Below are positions 58,222 to 64,000 of a stretch of DNA of 64,000 nt, piece after piece. The position numbers and the translations under genes are program-made. Location: the NCBI RefSeq assembly GCF_009914755.1, contig NC_060931.1; one strand, given 5' to 3'. Source of the DNA: the human T2T-CHM13v2.0 reference genome, Homo sapiens. The notes under the pieces were generated by a model. It did no database searches and had not been told where the DNA came from. It saw nothing but the letters and a program-made list of their open reading frames with translations. How positions within the stretch are numbered: the stretch's first letter is position 1; each line of letters starts with the position of its first letter.

Positions 58222-58639
58222 TCTTGCAGGGTACAGATATTTAAAATATTAACTTATTTTAATCTGTCAGTGATGTCTTTATACAGTTTTTTCTTTTGCT
58301 GACAAAATAATAATTTGTTTCCAGATATGATAAACAGCCTGTAAATTTCTCTGACCTTCAAAATTTTTCTTGAACTTTTAACTCTACCTGGGGTGTATTT
58401 GGTTTGATTTTCAAGATACATTTCCAAGTTTTCTTTCCGAATTGCTATTTAGTTACTCTGTTTCCATTAGTTATTATCTTTAAAATAATCCTTTTAATTC
58501 TCTTGTTTTACAAACATAGGGATGTTATTAGAGTTTATATTTCTGGAAATTAAACATGACATACATACTCAATAATAAATAATGTACATGTAAGTATGTA
58601 TTGTACTACTAATCCAAAATCCTGTTTAAGGAAATTTTG

Positions 58640-59030
58640 AAGTGACAGGTACATTCATCTTTAATCTCTCTACCCTGCCACTATCCTTTAGAAGTTAATT
58701 ATCCTCTTATTTTTAAAATAATTTTGTCAATATTTTTCAGTTTTGCAATTTTTTTAGAAATTTACATAAATACAGTAGTAATATGTGTTATGTTGTCATA
58801 CGTTTTTTACACATTATTTTTATAAGAGTCTTCTATGTGATAAGGAAAGTTGTAGTTCACTAATTTTCAGTGTTCTTTAAAATTGTATTGCATGAATGAT
58901 ACCAAAATATGCTTACTCATTTCCATGTCTATGGACATTAGCTTTGTTTTCAGGATTTTGCATTCGTATAATGCTGCTATGAATGTTATCCCTCCAATAA
59001 CGTTTTTAGACATGTGGAACTCTTTCTTGG
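58640..59030 (-). mobile_element. Old L1 (L1ME-type) fragment
   Basis: GTAGTTCACTAATTTTCAGTG...ATGGACATTAGCTTTGTTTTCAG...ATAATGCTGCTATGAATGTT. Confidence 0.6.
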
Positions 59031-59333
59031 CTTTTCGTTTGTTCACATATCCATATTTTTATGTTATGCTTATATTGAATACCAAGAGGCGTTTTGAAGA
59101 CAACTAGAATAGTTTAAGATACATTCTTATAACCTATATGACATTATATTAAATTCCATTTAAAACCGTAGCATAAGAAGCATTGTATCTGGCACAAAAA
59201 TACAAAGGGATTTTGTTTACTGAGAGACAAGATAAACTATATACTAGAACTAAAAGCTCTATAAAATATTTAATGAAAAATTCTGTAGTAATTTTATGTG
59301 AGGTTTTTTAAACAATTTAATTTATCTTTTCTG

Positions 59334-59517
59334 GCTTTTTTTTCTTTTTTCTTTTCCTCCTTTTAAAAACTTTTTAAATTATTTTTTATTTTTATTAGGG
59401 ACAGGGTCTTGCTTTGTTACCTGGGGTAGTCTAGTCTCAAGCTCTTGGCTTCAAGCCATCCTCCTGCCTTGGCTTTCAATGTGTTGGGATTACAGGCGTG
59501 AGCCACCACGCCCAACC
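59334..59517 (-). mobile_element. FLAM_C-like free left Alu monomer
   Basis: GACAGGGTCTTGCTTTGTT...CAAGCCATCCTCCTGCCTTGG...GGGATTACAGGCGTGAGCCACCACGCCC; TSD ATTTATCTTTTCTG. Confidence 0.85.
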
Positions 59518-60039
59518 TGATTTATCTTTTCTGAATTGATAGCTGGGTGCCAATAATAAACTTTAGAGTATAAATCTCTGATGAAAATCAAGACCTGATT
59601 ACCAGTTTTTTATTCCTTGCTTTTTTTTCTTAGAGACTGATATTAGCTTGAGATATCCACCTCCCAAAGTCATCAGTAATGCAATAACGCTTTAAAATCA
59701 TTTTCCTCTTTGCAATGTCACGTTGTTTTCCTAGTACCTTTCATTAGTGAAGTTACATAGCTCACTCCATAACAAAGGCAAGACTGAGGCAGAGTGATGT
59801 TCCATGGCTAAATAGTAAATCTGCAGTATAGTTTGGAAAAATGTTTGTATTTTTGAAGCTAGATTTTAAATAATCGATTATTGATATTGGAATGTGAAGG
59901 AAAAAGCAGATTGGCATATTTATTGCATACCATTTCCCAATGGAAATAAGGTATAGATTAATAATATAGCATAATCAGTAAATAAGTAGACAAATGTTAG
60001 AAGAGACAGTTTATACATAGGAAATGATCGTATGAATCT

Positions 60040-60280
60040 GTAGGTTAAGAGCATGGATTTTGGCCAGTTTTACCGCAGATGAGCCCTGACTCTTTGCTTA
60101 CAGACTGTGTAAAGTTGGGCAAATTACAAAGTCACTCTGGACTAAGTTGCTTCAGCTATGAAGTGGGAATAAAAGTAGAACCCACTTCATATAGTTGTTG
60201 CAGGATTAAGTGAGATTATATCCCAAAATCCTCATTGTTATGTCTGAAATCTGTAAGTACTAAACACATGTTAACTTTTA
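60040..60280 (+). mobile_element. MIR SINE
   Basis: GGTTAAGAGCATGGATTTTGG...TTGGGCAAATTAC...TCATATAGTTGTTGCAGGATTAAGTGAGA. Confidence 0.72.
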
Positions 60281-61404
60281 TTAAGAGGATTTCTAGGAAA
60301 AGTGCCATCCCCTTGTGAAGTGTAGTGAAAATGGGACACTCCTATATTACTATATCAGTGAAAATTGATCTGTTCCTTTTGGAAAAATCATGGCATTAAC
60401 TTTCAAAAGACATAAAATTGTTAAGTGGCCTTTTTTTCCCCTAAAACAATACCTGTAGACAATAGCTCTACAGATAACATCAGCTGCATGCAAATTTTCC
60501 AGTTTTAAGGTCTGCCAATTTAAGGTTCTCTCCTTATCAGAGTGCTAGATAGAAACTGAAAGAGCCAATAATAAATCTGTTTAACTGGATAAAATGATTT
60601 GTAACCATTAAACAATGACTATGAAGATGATGATAAGACATAAAAATGCTTACAGCAGAAGTGAAAAAAATCAGGTAAGAAATTTGTGTGTGTGTGTGTG
60701 TACTATGTAAAAACATTGCACTAGAAGGGACCGTGGTGTCCTGTTTACACAGTGCCTGTGAATAAGCATTGATAGGGAATTACAGTGGCAGCCCACTGAC
60801 TTAAGTCAAAGCATTCTTCGCATCTAATAAAAACAAGTGCAGTATCTTGCATCACCTCCTGTGAGTTTCTTATTACTTTTAGAAGTAGCAAGTGAAAATT
60901 TCCCAAGGGCCTAATTTAGTTCACATTAACTCAGCTTTAACTCTTCTCATAGCTATCCCAGTCAGCGCTCATTCTTTGTGTATTTATCTACATGTTTCAT
61001 CAAGCATGTGGCGGTAACAAGTTAAATATAAAGTCCTCCAAAGAAAAAAATAAAGAGATGTCAATATGTAAGTGTCCTTTCTGAGCAGCACAGCTTCATA
61101 ATTGTGCACTGAGTACAAAGAGATTCTGTCTTGTCTTTAAACTGGTCAGCAGCCAGACAAACTTGTCTTTATATAACAGGATTAATGGTAGGACTACAAG
61201 TACAAACCCAGTTTGTGGGTCCAAACAAGCTATGAGTTTGCAAAGATGCAAAGACATGAGAATGAGCTTGCTGGTGATATTCAGAGTCCAGCAGTAAAAT
61301 GACAGATGATATTACATGTAGTTAGAATCCCTATGCCCCAAAACTCCAAACTTCTTTTTTCTCCGTAGAAAATAAAGCTTTATAAGGAATATAATTTGTG
61401 AGAG

Positions 61405-61503
61405 ATATGTATATATGTGTGTATATATACACATATGTACACAAACACATGTAGATACACATACAAGGACTACATATATATATATATATGTATATATATA
61501 ATA
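61405..61503. repeat. TA/CA-rich low-complexity microsatellite
   Basis: Read directly from the sequence. Confidence 0.85.
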
Positions 61504-62559
61504 CAAAGCCTGTATGGACTTGCTTCGTTTCATCTTCTAATTCAGACTGTCTTTCTTTTCTCCACCAAAAAGTATAGGTCACTAATGTGGATTATATGTA
61601 CTGAATGATTTTTCAGTTGGCAGTGTCTAAAGATATTATTCAATCACACAATAAACCTTTACACTGTAATAGTGCTACATTCTGTGATTACACAAAGGTG
61701 TGTAGAAGATGGAATGGTACACAGGTAATACCTTCTAATGTAATGCAGAACTCTATATATTATCAACTAAAGATGTTGATGTACACGTATTAAATGTAAA
61801 GATGTGATTGACAGCAAAAGTCAGTTTTTAGTTCACTTAAAAAATAAAACCAAATGTATATCATTGTAGTTAAATGTTTGTTATTTGTATATGATAGCTG
61901 CTATAATATATAAAATGGTTCATGTTACCAAAGGAAAAAATATTGCACTTTAATTTATTCTTGTCATTCTTCCTGTCTGCAAATATGGTCCCATTTACTT
62001 CACATGCTGTAGACTATGGAGGAATCTGAAATAGATACTAAAAAGAGTCAAATACTGCTAATGAAAAAGTATTGTCACCAAGTGTGTAAGGATGATGCCT
62101 GGCAGAGTCTTGGACTATATTTATAAAGAAACCATTTGAAGAGTCTGTCAGTTGTGCCACAACAGGTCCCCAAAACAACAGGAAAATTAGTTATCTCCAG
62201 CTCCACTTTCCAGTGCTTGTTTATAAGAAATTTATGGTAGCAGAAAATAATTGGAAATAACTGACCACATATTTTCAGTTCATTCACTTGGCATTTGTAC
62301 CTATAAAGTAAAAATAATTTAAAATTGCTAAATCATTATTTTATCTAAAAAGTTTATTAAAGGAAATCTGTTTCAATATACGGTCAAATATGTCAAAAGA
62401 CTGTCAAATTTATTTGTCCAACATGCATTAAGACCTGTGTTGTTCTTGGCACTGGTCTCAGACCTAGGGTTAAATAAAAATAAGAAATTATCTCTTCTTC
62501 AGAAACTTACAAGCTACTATGACTTTATGAAATATAATTCTATATTAAAGAATTTATCT

Positions 62560-62806
62560 AGCCGGGCGTTGTGGCTCATGCCTGTAATCCCAGCACTTTG
62601 GGAGGCTGAGGCGGGCGGATCACGAGGTCAGGAGTTCAAGACCATCCTGGCTAACATGGTGAAGCCTCATTTCTACTAAAACTACAAAAAATTAGCCGGG
62701 AGTGGTGGCGGGTGCCTGTAATCCCAGCTACTTGGGAGGCAAAGCAGGAGAATCGCTTGAACCCGGGATTGCGCCATTGCACTCCAGCCTGGGTGACAGA
62801 GCAAGA
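62560..62806 (+). mobile_element. Tailless Alu (AluSg/Sc-like) with an internal deletion of about 24 bp
   Basis: Ends ...GACAGAGCAAGA with no CTCCGTCTC or poly-A; 12-bp TSD AAGAATTTATCT at 62548-62559 and 62803-62814. Confidence 0.93.
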
Positions 62807-64000
62807 ATTTATCTTCTAATTAATTTAGCAAACATTTTAAAAGAATAGTATTTTAGCTTCTTTCTGTTTTTCTCTCCACAAGCAATCACATTTCTCTTGG
62901 CACTTACTCACACCGTATGTTGAGAAGATGACTGGATAAGAAAGTGAGTCATTTAAACAAACAAAGCTTCAGTTGTAAGTCACAGATGTCAAATCAAGAA
63001 GGTAATTCTGAGAAAAGTTGAAGGCTAAAGAAGAACTAACAGAAGAATTCAGTTTTCCTGATTTTCCTATTATTTGGGATATGGCCTAGGTCATGAAAAT
63101 AAATCCAGGGTTGGCAAGGCAACAAATAAAAGCACATTTTTTTGGGTAACATTAGAGTCAAAAGTAAAATAAGAATTTGTAAATAGCAACTTAGATGATC
63201 TGAGTTACCCCAGCTGGTATGTGGGAATAACCATATACATGCACAAATGTGGCATTCTCTGAATATTATGAGGGCATGTATATTTTTGAAGACATATCTG
63301 TTATCCGTATTACTAAAATTTGCCTGTTAGACTCCAATTACAATTGTCGGCTGCCGCTTCACCAACAGCTCAAATAGATGAGAGCTACACAAAACATGCT
63401 ACTTACTTAACCACAATTTACCTGTCTTGCCTTGTCTTATTGGTGTTGTCTTTTTAAATAAAAATAGAGCAATACTTACAGGTAACATGCCAACATTTTC
63501 ACTCGATATAACTCTTCTGTGGTGATGAAAATTTAATATAGGTATGATTATTTTAATGCTTTGTTCACACATATGACGTGGGATCAATTATTATATAGAC
63601 GTTTACCTATGGTTTAGAATAGTTCTATCAGATAAAACCAAATACAGAAGGAACAATTTGGGAATAAATGAGATCATTGTCATCGGACACATTCAATGTT
63701 GTGGCCATGTATTCTCTTTCCCCCACTTTTCCTCACAAGTCTGGATTTATCATGAGGAATCCGTATAGTTCTAGAAAAGCTGACTTAAATCCTGTTCTGA
63801 GAGTAGGAGCACATGATCAAGGCTACATCAGTAGGTGATTCAGCCCCTGGGCCACATTCAGTGGTTCTTGAGTGAGCATGTGATTTAAGGTAGCATATCC
63901 TAGCAAAGTTGGGCCTTTGCTTGGGTTGTCAGGACAGAGTTCTTCCTGTAAGTGAAGAAGGTGGCATGTGACCCTGGGGGCTGTTGGCTCTTTTCTAACC

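Overview
This is AT-rich primate genomic DNA, most likely human or another great ape (AluY, AluS, L1PA and THE1 elements are present). It looks like a large intron or intergenic region. I cannot support any intact protein-coding gene, tRNA, rRNA or CRISPR array. The ORF track is explained by Alu, L1 and LTR-derived frames, low-complexity tracts and chance ORFs. The only recognisable protein homology is the disrupted ORF1/ORF2/ORF0 of a 4.6-kb minus-strand L1PA (46894-51476). The window holds 16 Alu/FLAM insertions (most with visible target-site duplications, TSDs), five MaLR LTRs all on the + strand, several older L1, L2, MIR and CR1 fragments, and DNA-transposon relics (MER5, MER30, MER81, MER94, MER2, MADE1). 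Repeat families were assigned by eye from remembered consensus sequences, so subfamily calls and the boundaries of old elements are approximate. Most notable observations: (1) a THE1A element whose LTR has 19 CpGs in 354 bp, against 1-7 in the other four LTRs, plus two GTAAGT donors, suggesting an unmethylated LTR promoter; (2) the same element lacks its 3' LTR and most of its interior yet is still flanked by a perfect GTGCC TSD; (3) an L1 antisense-promoter/ORF0 unit pointing at a strong acceptor just outside the element; (4) a trimeric Alu and a tailless Alu, each inside one TSD pair; (5) indirect hints of a minus-strand host transcript. I found no convincing evidence of a wholly new biological system; these are testable candidates only.
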